Counted from the stretch's first letter, positions 27,811 through 43,176 are shown. The stretch: DNA of 64,000 nt from Octopus sinensis (GCF_006345805.1 NC_043000.1:40920001-40984000), one strand, 5' to 3'. Notes: generated by a model from the letters alone, not told the origin. Translations and numbers: made by a program.

Positions 27811-27893
<83 letters not shown>

Positions 27894-29021
27894 GATGATC
27901 TTTCAGTTTCTGCCTACCGAATCCACTGACACACCTTTGGTCGGCCCGAGGCTGTAGTTGAAGAAACTTGCCCAAGGTTCCACGCAGTGGGTCTAAACCC
28001 ACAACCATGTGTTTGGGAAGCAAGCTTCTTACGTCTGTGTCTGTATACACAGGGTCCTCGCATAAATAATGCTATCTTTAAATACATTATTTATTTTACA
28101 AAATTAAGAAAAACAAAGTACATTTTGGACAAAGTACATTTTTAAATCTAAAATATACTTTCCTTCATTTTCTACAATGCTTTTCCATTTATCTGGAAAA
28201 GCCTATATTTGTGCTTTTGAAGGAAACAAAAGATGGATTTGTTATTAGTTTTATTCATTACGACCCATCCTGCGACTATCCTTTGTCAGTGGGGTGGGGG
28301 TGTAGACCATTTTGTGTTGCATCAATTTTACAGGCTAGATCACATCAGGTACATGCATACATAAAATGATGTCCCGCTAAAAATATTCAGTTCAGTCAGT
28401 CATGCTGGTATTTGCAGCTTTCTTAATTGATATGACTCAAAATGATGCACATCACACCCATAAAGAACAGTCGCAGTATGGGTCGAAACGATCTCGTATG
28501 GAATAAAAACCAATACCAAATCTATCTTCTGTTTCCTTAATCGATCATTATCTCAAATACTACGGAATTCCTGAAATAGGTCCAAAGGAAATATACCACA
28601 ACTGCAGATGACATCAGGTAGCCCAAACCGTGCTAATGCTTTGCTCAATACACATCAATACACTAATTCACATATACCCATTAGTCCAAAAATTACATAC
28701 ATCCACGTATATATTCTTCTCCATTATGGTAGTTGGTGAACGCGTCATCTTCTATTTCTACCTAACCTGTTTATGTTTTTAAAATTTACCTGATGATAGC
28801 GGTTTTTGCTATGACGTAATCTAAGAATGCATCAATGAAGGTTGCCGAAACAGCTGTTGGGAATTTTGAAGCTCACTTGTATACTTATTTTTATCTATAC
28901 TCCATACTTCGAACCAACCCTGGGCCGGGACTACAGTTTATATTGAATTTGGAACCTACATGTTTATGTCTCTCTTTCTTTCTTTCTTTCTTTCTTTCAT
29001 TCTTTCTCTCTCTCTCTCCAA

Positions 29022-29078
<57 letters not shown>

Positions 29079-29135
29079 AGTAGACATATAATTTCAGGGA
29101 TTTTTTTAGGTACCCCCTCGTATATATGCATTAAA
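25076..29135 (+). repeat. ~4.1-kb segmental duplicate copy B (paralog 10141-14711)
   Basis: Direct colinear match; lacks the SINE at 14243-14644. Confidence 0.95.
25157..25192 (-). CDS. Micro-exon 1 (36 nt, phase 1): (E)PIHRKRYGGDY
   Basis: atttttcag|AACCCATCC...GACTATG|gtaatt. Confidence 0.72.
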
Positions 29136-32100
29136 TACGCCTTATCGCTATAACCACCATAGCTTTTATGGAAAGAATTTTGGGGGGCACCTGATAGATT
29201 ATAGATAATAGTTTTGTTTCTGACAATGTAAACTGATGCATAAAATATTCCAAAGGGAACTAATATCAGTATTTAAGCCATATGATTTAAACAAGTATTA
29301 GCGCTAAACTAACGATAGTCAGCTTCTTACATGTGATACTAGATTTAGATACATGCAAACACTACTCCTACATACAGTGAAACACATTGTTTATCCACAA
29401 AAATTCCCGCCACCTTCCTGTCCTTATAGAAATTTTGCAGTCGGATTATATATGGAGACTCTATCTCTGAACTGGAAATGTTTTACATCGTTACCCAGAG
29501 AAACCTTAAGTGCGAAGTTAGTGTGAACATTAGTGCGAACTTAAGTGTGAAAGCCAGAGAAGAATGTGGAAAAGTTAGTCTGGTGCTATTCACCCTATAC
29601 CTTGGGTGTTTCTTCGGGAATAACCACAAATTTCTTAACTCTTGTGAAAAGCACTTCCTACCATAGCACAAATATAGGCTTTTCAACTCTCATAACGTTA
29701 ATAGCAGTTATTCCTGACTTGATATCGGTTCTTTGATCACATGCCTACGCATTCTCATTTCAAAAGCCAAATCACCTGTCAAAATTCTCTTATCTACCCA
29801 AATATGAGTTATTAAGGCAATACTGTATCGAACCTCTATATTAGACGGGTCATTTTGCGGAAAACTTTCAAAATTTTTAGCGTCAGGTAAAGGGCCATGG
29901 AAAATATTTTATAGTTCTGCAACTGTTTTCCTGCTAACCAAGGTACAAAGGATCTACATATCCTCTGAAAGAATAATGTATTGTCGATAAAGTAAATGAT
30001 ATATAACAGTGCGTACTCAGCGTAACTGAGATGTCCTAGATAATAAAGCAATTAATTACATCATAATTCTTTTAATTTTCATCTTGAAGCTGTCCTGGAA
30101 GTAGGTGTCCTTAATGCATAGACATCCAGTTTATGACTATACAAAAATTAATGTATAAATATATTCAATATAACAACTGACCGTGTGTAAGCAGTCGGTA
30201 CTGAAGTGAGAAGTACATTATACAAGTACAACAAACTCATTTTCGATCAGCAGATAACACATGGTGGCCAAGAAGATAAAGGTAGTTTTACTGCATCAAT
30301 AAAAATATCTTCAAATATATGAGTGAAATATTTCTAGCATTTCTACTACAACCGATTACTGTACCCATGCACTGCCATTTCTTTCCGATTCAATCTGATA
30401 AATTACTATAATGACCTTGTTCGTCTGAACTAGCAAATAATAATTTTCTAATTTCTGCTCAACTCTGATTTATCTACATCTCTGCTGCTCATCAATTTTA
30501 CTATTTTTCTCCTTGGAAAACACTGCAATTGATAAATATTAAACCAACCCATGGTACGTTGAACTAAGAAACTCTGAAAATACTTCTTCGTGTACATTTT
30601 CCATGCAGAGAATAGCATCGGTTTGCAGTTATATTGACCTCAGAACTGTCGGAATCCGTGGTAAGACTATTAACTTTGCCTCCTCTTTTCAAACCAAATA
30701 GTAATATAAAACAGATAACAACATAGCAGATGACTTGGCATTAAGAAACTTAACCGTACCTACTACACTTGTATCATCACTTAACCGTACCTACTACTCT
30801 TGTGTCATTACTTGTGTAATGCTTAGATTGTAGAGGCACCATTTGAAAACACAGTCACGGGTCTGTGAATCTAGGACAAACTAGAGAAACAGAACCATTT
30901 AACTCAAGAATCAACGCTCATAGCATGATTTAAACACTTAAACCGACCACAAGGAACTAACAGGACACTTTTTCATAAAGAGCTATTACTGCTTACAACT
31001 GTTAGCTTTAAGTTCTAATGTGACACCTGGTTATTGCTAAGTGAAGCAGAACATTTGAGAATAAAGTACTCTAAACTACGAAACTATGGTGTTACATAGC
31101 CTGTTGTTGAGGATACGATCTGTTGAATATTCAACCGACAGCACGACACGCTCTCGAATCAATTGACACCGGTTGTTTAGGTAAAAATATAGGTGAGAGG
31201 TTAGGAAATATAGAAATTATAATGAACGTACCGTGATGAGATTGTGTGAGTCCAGTAATCAGGAGAATTTGGCAAAGTATCAGTAAATACATTTTGTTGC
31301 GATTAGCAAGAATGTTACTGTTGAAGAAAGAAGGAAAATCATTATATATATATATATATACATACAAAATACATGTGCATACACACACACACACGCACAC
31401 ACATACACTAAAACACACACACACAACAATTAGTACGCTTCAGGGATCCAAGTATAGGAAGTTAGTAAGCTTGAAGCAGTTATGCAGCAAGTACAGAAGA
31501 CAAAAAGTAGACAATATACGATAAAACTTGTTTATCAAAATCTCGCGTTGCATTCTTTTTCCTATTTCGCAATTAAAAGGAATTACCATACAACGCAGTG
31601 TCTAGCAACTAAAGCTGCTAGAAATGTAATAAAAAGGTAATAAAAATCCAAAAGGTAAGCGGAGGAACATGTAACGTACTGACTACAGTGGTTTCGTAGT
31701 AAAGGTAAAACCTGTTACATAAGTTATAACAAACATAAAACCAGCGTAGCTGATCTTCAGGTCTCTGTTACTTTAATGTTGTAAACATTGCTACTTAGCA
31801 TGTTGTAAACATTGCTACTTAGCAAACTGGCTAAAGCAGGATTGGCCAGTCGGGAAAAAAAGGGGAAAGAGAATGCAAAATCAAAATCAAATGAAGTGCT
31901 TGTGCTTAATCAGTCATTATGTAGAAGAGGGAAGAATACTAGGTAGACGGAAAAGTGGGTAGGTGGGTAGGATTAGGAATAAGATCATTTACCCAAGGAG
32001 GTCAAAGAGACAGTGCGAGACGACGAACTGATAGCGTAAATTTGTAGACACCTAACTTAAGACACAATACAAGGTAAAGGTCAGCCAAGCAATGAAAGTC

Positions 32101-32334
32101 ATGAAATAATGTCTGCGCGGGAATAAAGGATACAAGTATATATGCATACATGCATAAATACACAAACATATATATATATATTTACACACACACGCACACA
32201 CATACAAACGCTTACATATAAGGAACAAGGAAATGGTGTTGGGGTGGCATATTGAATTTTAAAGTTATGGAGCGCTTGAAAAGACTTGTTTTATAATAAA
32301 TGAGAATTAAAAGGAAAACTTTAGATGCATATAC

Positions 32335-32461
32335 GGGCATGGCTGTGGTTCTGGATTCAGTCCCACTGCGTGGCACCGTGGGCAAGTGAATTCTACTATA
32401 GCCTCAGCCGTCCACAGCCTTGTGAGTGGATTTGGTAGACAGAAAATGAAAGCAACCTGTC

Positions 32462-32501
<40 letters not shown>

Positions 32502-32870
32502 TTTACATATTTCAGTCATTAGATTGCGGCCATGCTGGGGCACTGCCTTGAAGAACTTTTATTCCAATGAATCGACTCCAGTACTTAACTTCTTGCTAAG
32601 CCTGATACTTATTCTACCGGTCTCTTTTGCCGAACCGCTAGCTTTCTGGGTCGTAAACTCACTAACAACGGTTGTCAATCGGTGGAGGGAAACAAACATA
32701 AACACATATATACACAAGCATACACACACACAGAGGCACACACACATATACACTCGACGGGCTTCTTCTAGTTTCCGTCTACAAAATCCACGCATAAGGA
32801 TTTAGTCGGCCTGGGATAATAGTAGAAGACACTTACCCAAGGTGCCACGTCTTTAGAAAGCAAGCTTCTT
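32335..32870. mobile_element. Tail-to-tail pair of partial family A SINEs (+ 32335-32465, - 32505-32870)
   Basis: Similarity to 14243-14644 in both orientations. Confidence 0.75.
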
Positions 32871-33674
32871 ATATATACCGCAATATATATATACGTGGTC
32901 TGATCAATAAGTATTGTTGTCATAGTAACGAAGTTAAAGCACGCACAGTGAAGCCGCTTGACACAGATTGACCTTCAACTCTGCCGTGTTTATATCTTAA
33001 GAATGTATTACATAATCGACGTCGACAGTTCATTAATAAATCGCTATGTTTATAACCGCAATTCTTACATTGCCTAATTTTATAGTTATAATTCCATCAA
33101 CGCAGAGTACACACTTGATGCTATATCCACTATATGATCTAGCGCATTTATCAATGGACTATTTGATATTGTAATCCACCGAGTTCAGTTTTAAGTCACT
33201 GATTTGTCTAGACAGCGATGTAGAATTAGCCCTAGCCTCCTACTGAAAGCTAGAATTGTGGTTATTCAATCTCGCCTTGAAATACGCACGGCACGCGTCG
33301 ACATACACAAACCTAGATTGATCTGTAGATACCGTATACGCACAATATTTTTGGCGTGACATTTATTATCTAATGGACAGGGTTAGGTGTTTGAAGCTGC
33401 ATAGTTTTGTCAAGAGCTTTATAGGGGTATTAAAGTGATTACCAATCCTAGTGCCCTGATGCGATGCGGAGGCAGTAGCAGCCATGATAGATCGTTAGCT
33501 CCTACACGCCTTTTTTTCTCTCTTTGTTTCTCTCCTTGTTTTTTTTTTCTGTGTATCTTTCTGTCTAAGAGCGTAGGCTCGGAACGTAAATATATATATA
33601 TATATATATATATACATACATATGTAATTATGTATGTATGTGTGTGTATGTGTGTGTGCACGCCAGTCTGTGTG

Positions 33675-33712
<38 letters not shown>

Positions 33713-33781
33713 TACATACATATATACAATGTAATTATGTATGTATGTATGTGTGCACGCGAGTGTGTGCGTGCGTGTATG

Positions 33782-33812
<31 letters not shown>

Positions 33813-34482
33813 CATATGCGTTTGTGTGTGTGTGTATGTGTGTGCGAGTGTGCGCGCGAGAGTGTGTATAATAAGTGAATGTACAATTATAAAACAGAGT
33901 AATTAGAACTGATCTTGTTTTGAGTTTTGCGTTTACGTGGTCGTACTGCTCAGAATGTAGTATTTAAATCTTGTAATGTAAATTATTGATAATTATTTAA
34001 AATGTACAAAATATTAGCGTTCACAATGATTTAGGAATAGCTGTAGAAATATGTCATAAAAACTATCATGACGATATACGTATGTATACATGTATGTATG
34101 TATGTATGTATGTATGTATGTATGTATGTATGTATGTATGTCTGTATGTATGTATGTATGTATGTATGTATGTATGGAGGATGGATGGATGGATGGATGG
34201 ATGGACGGACGGATGGATGGATGGATGGATGGATGGATGGATGGATGAATAGATTGATGGATGAATAGATTGAAGGCGGAATTGATGGATGGATAAAGAC
34301 TCCAAGCGAACAACTAATACAAGATATATATGTTATGTAATACTGTATATTACGAGTGTATATTTAGGCCTACCCGCCTAACCAACGGGTCAACATTCGA
34401 AAGCTGCAACAATGAATGGGGGTGCATTATGACCAGAGGAGTATAATCACGGCCGATAGTGTGATCAATACAGTGATATATG

Positions 34483-34557
<75 letters not shown>

Positions 34558-35201
34558 CATGTGTGTGTGTGCGTGTGTATGTGTGTGTATGTGTTTGTGT
34601 GCGTGTGTGTGTAGTGCACAATAAATAAATAACAGCAGGAAGACAAGGTCAGGAAGAATAAATCGTGATAAAGATTGTATTAGTTTTATGCTGAGGAAAT
34701 AAAAGTTAGAAAGAAAAGTATTTTACTTTTCGAGTATACGCTCTTCGTCTGAAAGAATAGACAAAGAGAAGAAAGAATGAAGAAAATCAACAGATGTGTC
34801 TATCGAACGGTCACGGTATATAATACATGTTGTATGTATGTGTGTGTGTGCGTACGTGTGTCTGTGTGTATGCCTAAGTGTGTTTGTATTACCATTTATG
34901 CATATGAATATATATTTATATATGCATACGTATGTTTACATATAAGCGAATTATTTAGTAGCTGCGATTCGTCATGGTTGCTTTACATATAAAAAGAACG
35001 ACAAAGTTCCTCCTCAAATCAATGTCAAACACATTGGGATTAATGTAGTTTTAGGTTTGGGGTATATGATATCTAAATAAAAGAAATGTGAATTTCATAT
35101 TTTATAACATTTTCGCTTTTGCTAATAAATGTTGAACCTGTACTAAACAACAGTTACAGCATACATGCATACATACATACATACATACATACATACATAC
35201 A

Positions 35202-35235
<34 letters not shown>

Positions 35236-35247
35236 CATACACACATA

Positions 35248-35302
<55 letters not shown>

Positions 35303-35326
35303 GTGTACATATATGTGTATATATAT

Positions 35327-35392
<66 letters not shown>

Positions 35393-35790
35393 CGTAAGGG
35401 GGATCAGCCATCTGAATGTGTGGCTAGGGACAGGGGGGTAGTGGGGGTGTTACTGATGCTTTTAGCCCCAGGCGATCATCAACGTCACCAGAAGGACCGA
35501 CACCATATCGGTGTCCTTGTTAGCCTATATATATTAGACAGAATGAGTTAACAAAGCCAAGGCTGTGAGGAGTTTTCAGTGCATTTATAATGAAATAGTC
35601 TTACTGCTGTTTCTGGGATATTATGGATATCCCTTTATTAGAGCCGGTGTGAAAAAATATTTGAGTTCGAATTATTGTAAAAAAAGAGGAGATAGGGAAT
35701 ACAGAGGGAAATAAGAGAATGAAAGTAGAAATAAGATATATAAAGATATTGTAGTTGCATACATACATACATACATACATACATACTTAC

Positions 35791-35876
<86 letters not shown>

Positions 35877-35894
35877 GTGTGTGTGTGTGTGTGT

Positions 35895-36195
35895 GGATGC
35901 ACAATGGTCCAGTGGTTAGGGCAGCGGACTGGCGGTCGTAAGATCGCGGTTTCGATTCCCAGACCGGGCGTTGTGAGTGTTCATTGAGCGAAAACACCTA
36001 AAGCTCCACAAGGCTCCGGCAGGAGTGGTGGCGATCCCTGCCGTACTCTTTCGCCACAACTTTTTCTCACTCTTTCTTCTCTTGGCCTGCTCGCTTAGCC
36101 AGTGGGGTGGCGTCATTTGAAGGCTAAAACAATGCGAAGTGCATTGTGACCAGTGATGTGTAGCAACATCTGATAGTCTGGTCGGTCACGTGATA
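35895..36195 (+). mobile_element. tRNA-derived SINE family C
   Basis: tggtccagtggttagggcagcggact...ggtttcgattccc A/B boxes; related heads at ~49245, ~50750 and ~52310 (minus). Confidence 0.8.
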
Positions 36196-37039
36196 TATAA
36201 CCTTTCATATCTATCGATATATATATATATATATATAAATCCTTTACTACGTCTTTATGCTTATACATCAATCGATCCATAATATACACGCAGACATATA
36301 TATTGTAAGGAATTGTTATTGTTGTTGTTGTTGTTATCATCATCATCATCATCATATTAATACGCCAAATGTGCTACTCTATCAAGTGGTTAACTGAAGA
36401 AAGTGGTACAGAGGAAGAGAGTTAGATATATAATGTTAGGCAGAGCAGGGGAGTTCTGGTGGTAAGTTCTGGTGGAAAGGCACAGAAAGAGAGAGAGAGA
36501 ATGAGAGAGAGAGAGAGAGAATGAGAGAGAGAGAGAGAATGAGAGAGTAGTGACATTGCCAGCTGGTGCATTACTCTGTCACATGGTTAGTGGAAGTGAG
36601 AGGTGATGAGAAAGAAAAGAGAGAAATAAGAACGATGTGAAGAAGGAGATGACATGGTTAAGAAGTTTGCTGAAGTAAGAGGTTGAGAGGAAAAGAGGGA
36701 GAGAAATATAAAGTGTTTAGCAGAAGGAAATTTTAAACATATTATTGTAGCTGACAAGAAAATAACATTTTAATATTCAAATTTTTATACCGTCTGTCTG
36801 TCGATCTATTTATCTATATATATTCTCATTGACAAATACATCAATGAGTAGACGGTAGAAGAAAGTTTACATTAGATATAATAACAAACTTATCGTAGAT
36901 AGCGTAGAAAGCAAAACATGAATCAAAAGAGAATACAATAATTACAACATTTGAGAAAGTGTTCATGATAGAACAGAAAAGGAAAAGAAGAGAGACCGTA
37001 AGAAACAATAAACTAAACATATGGTTTAAGGTGAAACAG

Positions 37040-37260
37040 TGGTGACATGAATACTTTCTGTAATTATTGTGAAGCTTTTAAATTTATAAATGAACCTCTA
37101 AACTGCTGCGAAAATGGGAAAGTCATAATAACACAGTTATAGCCTTACCAAGAAGAACTGAGAGTGTTTTTAAATGAAAATAATGCAGAATATGCAGTTA
37201 CAAAAGAAATATCTAAAAAATTCCGTATTTACTGTGGAATCTTCGCAGGTAGTTGACCTC
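37040..37260 (+). pseudogene. Decayed Helitron RepHel N-terminal zinc-finger fragment
   Basis: GDMNTFCNYCEAFKFINEPLNCCENGKVIITQL*PYQEELRVFL matches the G.M...C..C.A.K...E....CC..GKV.L...P.P..L pattern. Confidence 0.7.
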
Positions 37261-37424
37261 AAGTGAATTTACTGAAATGTGAGTGGTAGTTGCGAAAATG
37301 GCAGGAGGACAATATCACTTTCATTTCTCCCTTTTAATGTATTTCATTTTTGCTATTGTATAGTATGTGTGCTTCCGTTCTCTGTCTTATTTTATACTGT
37401 GCATGCTTTATTTACATTTATAAA

Positions 37425-37486
<62 letters not shown>

Positions 37487-37794
37487 GTATATATATATAG
37501 ACATATATATATAATATATATATATGTCTATATATATATAATACACGTGTATATATTATAATATATAATAATATATATATATATATATAATATATATTAT
37601 ATTTTATATATATATATATATTATATACACGTGTATATATATATATATTCTCTCATTTTATTATATGTAAACCCCCACACTTGATGTCTGTCTTTGTATT
37701 GTCCGCTTCATCCTTCGCCTTGGTGCATATAAAAAAATCCTTATTATTCATTATAATCATTATTGTCGTTATTATTATTACTATCATCATTGCT

Positions 37795-38260
37795 TTTGCA
37801 CAACGCTGGAGATGTACTACGGTGTCAGCTGCTCACTACCAGTGAACTAAGGTAACATCTCTTTTTTTCAAGCACCTTCCGGAGTTTTCTGCTGTTTTCT
37901 GCAAGTGATCCAGCCTTATTGCAGCCCCTATTTGTTCCATGCACTTCTCAAGACATTTACTCGCTGTTCCCAGGGCTCTGACAATTATTGGTACTACTAC
38001 CACCTTTTTCATCGACCACAACTGCTTAACTTCCCAAGATAACCTTTCATATCTATCGACTTTTCTTTCTTCTTTATCGCATACCTTGTTGTCAGCTGGG
38101 CATGCTATATCTATGATCCAGCATAATTTGCTTTCTTCTCAATTAAGACTATGTCTGGCTTCCTATTCTCTATCTCATGGTCGCACTGAGCGATAAAATC
38201 CCACAGGATCTTTGCATTATCATTTTCAATGGTGCCTTTGGGTTTGTGGTCGTACCAATT
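37795..38260 (-). mobile_element. Dong/R4 LINE 3' fragment A
   Basis: KILWD, PDIVL, IIDIACP, LWSMKKVVVVPIIVRALG; flanked by (ATT)n/(CTT)n. Confidence 0.85.
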
Positions 38261-38333
<73 letters not shown>

Positions 38334-38565
38334 GTTTTTCTACTTTCAATTTTGTTTTCATTTCTTGCAAAATGTCTTCCCGACTCCTAGGGCAAAGAAA
38401 CTCACTGTACACATTGCTAGGTCATTAAACTAAGCACACCAGGTTGTTCATATTCAAAATGAAATGAAGTTATGTGGGTGGAAGCTAGTCCATTAAATCG
38501 AACCCAGTGCTCAACTGGTACTTATTTCATCGATCCTGAAAGAATGGAAGGCAAAGTCAACCTCG

Positions 38566-39417
38566 AACTCCTTCTGGAGTTTTCTCATGCCAGGTCTTTG
38601 CTCTTTTTAGGCCGTGGTTTCCACTGAGCTCCCAATGGATCATTCTTGTCACATTGTCATGGCGCCTTTTTTATTCGCGTTTTGCCAATTTCGAGCATTT
38701 GCTAGCGATATGCCATACAGTTTTACCCCTCTCACCACACATTCTGCATTTGGCGCCATCGGTAGTGTTGTCTGTTCTGCACTTCATATAGCGGGCCCTT
38801 AACGCTTGTTCCTAAGCTGCACATATTAGTGCTTCTGTCTCTATCTTCAGGTCACCCCCTCCTCATCCATAGCCACCGGTCCTCTGTATTTGTCTTTCCT
38901 TTTCTTTCCATGCTTTTTCATTTTTGTGTTCACTTGTTTAAATTTTTCTTTAGTTACACGGTTTTCAGTGTCGATGACGCCGGTCTTCGTATGTTTCAAC
39001 AGTGGTTCTACTGCATTTTTTATATACTCTGCTTCGATACAGTCCAGGCAAATGATGAAACCTCTCCCACCCTTCCTTGTGGACAAGCACAGCCTCTATG
39101 TACTATCAATATTTTTCTGGTCTTGGTATTCTTTTCTTCACTTCTCTCTTTTGCCATTTTATAGTTCCCGCTCCATACCGAAGTGATGCTATCACCCACG
39201 TATTAACGGCTTGGATTTTATTCCATCCACTGAATTTTGATCGCAACACCAACCTCAGTATTTGGAAATACTCCATCCTCAGTTGCTCTTTCATTTCCTT
39301 TTCCATTATCCCGTTGAACTCTAGTATACTAAGGTATTTGTACCCTTCCGTTTCAATTTGTTTAATCAAATTCTTTTTAGTTAGATTATTGCACATTTTT
39401 TTAGTCCAAATTCCATT
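38566..39417 (-). mobile_element. Dong/R4 LINE fragment B (RT end to zinc knuckle)
   Basis: YKYLSILE, WNKIQAVNTWVIASLRYGAG, RKGGRG. Confidence 0.85.
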
Positions 39418-39489
39418 CTAATATCAGTACTAATCGACTTGTCCTCTCCCCCTATTATAATTATAATTATTATTATTATTATTATTATA

Positions 39490-39570
<81 letters not shown>

Positions 39571-40050
39571 GACTTTGCACAGCTTTTTGATCGACCACAA
39601 CTGCTTAACCTCCCAAGCTAACCTGTCATATCTATCGACTTTTCTTTCTTCCTTATAGCGTACATAGTTGTTAGCTGGGCATGCTATATCTATGATACAG
39701 CATCGTTTGCTTTCTTCCTCAATTAACACTATGTCTGGTTTCCTATTCTTTATCTCATGATCGCAATGAATCATAAAATCCCACAGGATCTTTGCATTAT
39801 CATTTTCGATTATGCCTTCGGGTTTATGTTCGCACCACTTTATTGCTCTGTCAAGTCCATACTTGTTGCAAAGTGGCCAATGGATAATCCTTGCTCTATT
39901 GTCATGACGTCTCTTATATTCTTTTTTGTAATATGCCATACGGTTTCACCATTTTGTCCACAAATTCTGCACTTATCACTTTCTGATGTGTTATCTATTC
40001 TGTATTTTATGTAATTCGTTCTTATTGCTTGCTCTAGGGCAGCACAGATT
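39571..40050 (-). mobile_element. Dong/R4 LINE fragment C (REL endonuclease)
   Basis: YKRRHDNRARIIHW, KILWDFMIHCDHEIKNRKPDIVLI, IIDIACP. Confidence 0.85.
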
Positions 40051-40129
40051 AGAGCCTCCGTTTCCGGTTTTAAATCACTTTCTTGTTGCTGTTGTTGTTG
40101 TTGTTGTTGTTGTTGTTCTTCTTCTTCTT

Positions 40130-40160
<31 letters not shown>

Positions 40161-40191
40161 TTATTATTATTATATTATTATATTATTATTA

Positions 40192-40231
<40 letters not shown>

Positions 40232-40232
40232 T

Positions 40233-41160
40233 GATGAAAACTCTCAGCTTATTTTGCTGGGTACCATGGAAATTGTAGCTGTCCACAGCCAGCAGACTAA
40301 AATGACAGTTGCTTACTGGTTATGCGTCAAGAATTTTGCGAAGAATTCTTGCAGTTTCAAGCAATGCTGATTTTTGTAGGTGTTCTACCTTTACATTTGT
40401 ATCAATCTTTTTGAACCATGCTGGTAGCTGAGTGCTGATACTTCCAAGTGCATCAGTTACTGTTGGTATCATATCTACTCTCCTCATTGACCACAACCTC
40501 CGTATTTCCCACTTCAAATCATCGTAGATGTTCAGTTTCTCTTCTTTCTCTTTGATCCTGTTGTCACCGGGACATGCTATGTCGATTATCATGCAAGTTT
40601 TTTTTTCTTTTTTATCCACTGCAACAACCTCCGGTTTCCGATGTCTGATCAGGTAATCGCCCTGAATCATTGCATCCCACAGGATTTTGCAATCTTCATT
40701 CTTGGTGACTCCTCCCGGGGTTTTCTCATACCACGTTTTTGCTCTTTGTAGGCTGTGATTTCCACAGAGCTCCCAATGGATCATTCTTGCCACATTGTCA
40801 TGGCGTCTTTTATATTCGCATTGTGCCAATTCCGGGCAATCGCTAACGATGTGCCATACTGTTTCACTCCTCTTACCACACATTCTGCATTTGTCACTGT
40901 CGGTAATATTGTCGATTCTGCACTTTATAGTTCTTTCTTTTGCCAGTTTATGATTCCAGCTCCATACCGAAGCAATTCTATCGCTCATGTATTAACTGCT
41001 TGGATTTTATTCCATTCGGTCAGTTTTGAGCGCAACTCCAATCTTCGTCTTCGGAAATATTCCATCCTCAGTTGTTCCTTCATTTCCTTCCCCATGAATT
41101 CGTTGAACTCTAGTATGCCAAAGTATTTTTATCCTTCATTTACAATTTGTTTAAACAGTA
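40233..41160 (-). mobile_element. Dong/R4 LINE fragment D with intact CCHC + REL domain and 3' UTR
   Basis: CRMCGKRSETVWHIVSDC, YKRRHDNVARMIHWELC, KPEVV..IIDIACPGD; ends in (TAA)n. Confidence 0.9.
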
Positions 41161-41164
41161 CTAT

Positions 41165-41203
<39 letters not shown>

Positions 41204-41225
41204 GTCGTCGTCGTCGTCGTCGTTA

Positions 41226-41280
<55 letters not shown>

Positions 41281-41499
41281 TACTACTACTACTACTACTA
41301 CTAGTAGTAGTAGTAGTAGTAGTATCAAAGTTAACTAATTTTCACCCATTAAAGTCCCTTGCTAGAAACATTAGAACTGGGCAATTGGCCATTTTCCCAT
41401 ATCTATCTACCCATTTATCTAGCTGTCTGTTTGTCTTTCTGTCTATCAATATCTTACATTTTTGCGTATGAGTTTCTGTGTGCGCGTGCTTCTTTATGT

Positions 41500-41563
<64 letters not shown>

Positions 41564-42082
41564 ATATATCTTTATACATACCAGCAATCAAATTTCGTTC
41601 ACAACAGACATCGAGATGAATAGAGAACCGTCCTCGAACGTTGATTCTGCTTTATGAAATTGTATAGACCTGCTTTACTTTATATAGAATGTTCTGAACG
41701 TGTTAACTCAATAAAACATCTCGTGTAAGTTATTAATTATTCGAGAAGATACACGGAGATTTATGGTACATTTGTCAGTACGATTCGTAAGTAAACTACA
41801 TTTGAAATGTTTTAATATTTGAAATAGCGATCAAAATAATTAATTGAACAAAACTGTCATCAGTAGGAATATGAAATATCGTTGTTTTTTATTGTAAAAG
41901 ATTATATTTGTCTAGGAATTAATTCATAGTAAACGTTTCTTGTTGAATTCTTATAATATGATTAATCTGTCCCTACGATGAAAGAGAGAGAGAGAGAGAG
42001 ACGCATACATATGTTTGCATATGCAAATGTTTGTATATGCATGTATACATATACATAAATAAATATGTGTGTATATAATGTA

Positions 42083-42139
<57 letters not shown>

Positions 42140-42356
42140 TATATACATATAGTTAATCCAAACAAGAAAGCACAAAACAAAACACAGCAATGCGAGGACG
42201 TGGAACAAATATAGTATTATGGGACGCTCAGGAAAGAAGGAAGAATGAGGGTTTAACGTTTCGAGCGGAGCTCTTCGTCCGAAACATAGGAGAAGGAAAG
42301 ATCCAGAGAAGGGAAGACAGAGGAAAAAAAATCGCCAACGGTACACACGCGGTCAC

Positions 42357-42386
<30 letters not shown>

Positions 42387-42392
<6 letters not shown>

Positions 42393-42490
42393 ATAATAGC
42401 CATCTCAATATGGCTAACCACAAAAGGTGGGTGTTACTGTACCTAACCACCCTTTGTGGTTAGCCATATTGAGATGGGTATTATACTTTA
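42387..42490. repeat. Hairpin with ~45-bp arms inside (TA)n
   Basis: taaagtataatagccatctcaatatggctaaccacaaa... versus ...tttgtggttagccatattgagatgggtattatacttta. Confidence 0.9.
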
Positions 42491-42610
42491 CATTGTCGAG
42501 CGGTTACTGTTTACATCTCGTTCAGAGATTTATTATTACTATATATATATACATATACATATATACATTCATATACACACACACACATACGCATACACAC
42601 ATATATAGAG

Positions 42611-43102
<492 letters not shown>

Positions 43103-43103
43103 T

Positions 43104-43176
<73 letters not shown>

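Noticed and set aside
31587-31617. 31-nt exon-like segment (tttctag|...G|gtaatt) as a phase 0-to-1 linker
   Set aside because: Phase 0 reading hits TAG at codon 3; could only be non-coding.
35895-35970. tRNA gene
   Set aside because: tRNA-like head continues into a SINE body; similar heads recur at ~49245, ~50750 and ~52310.
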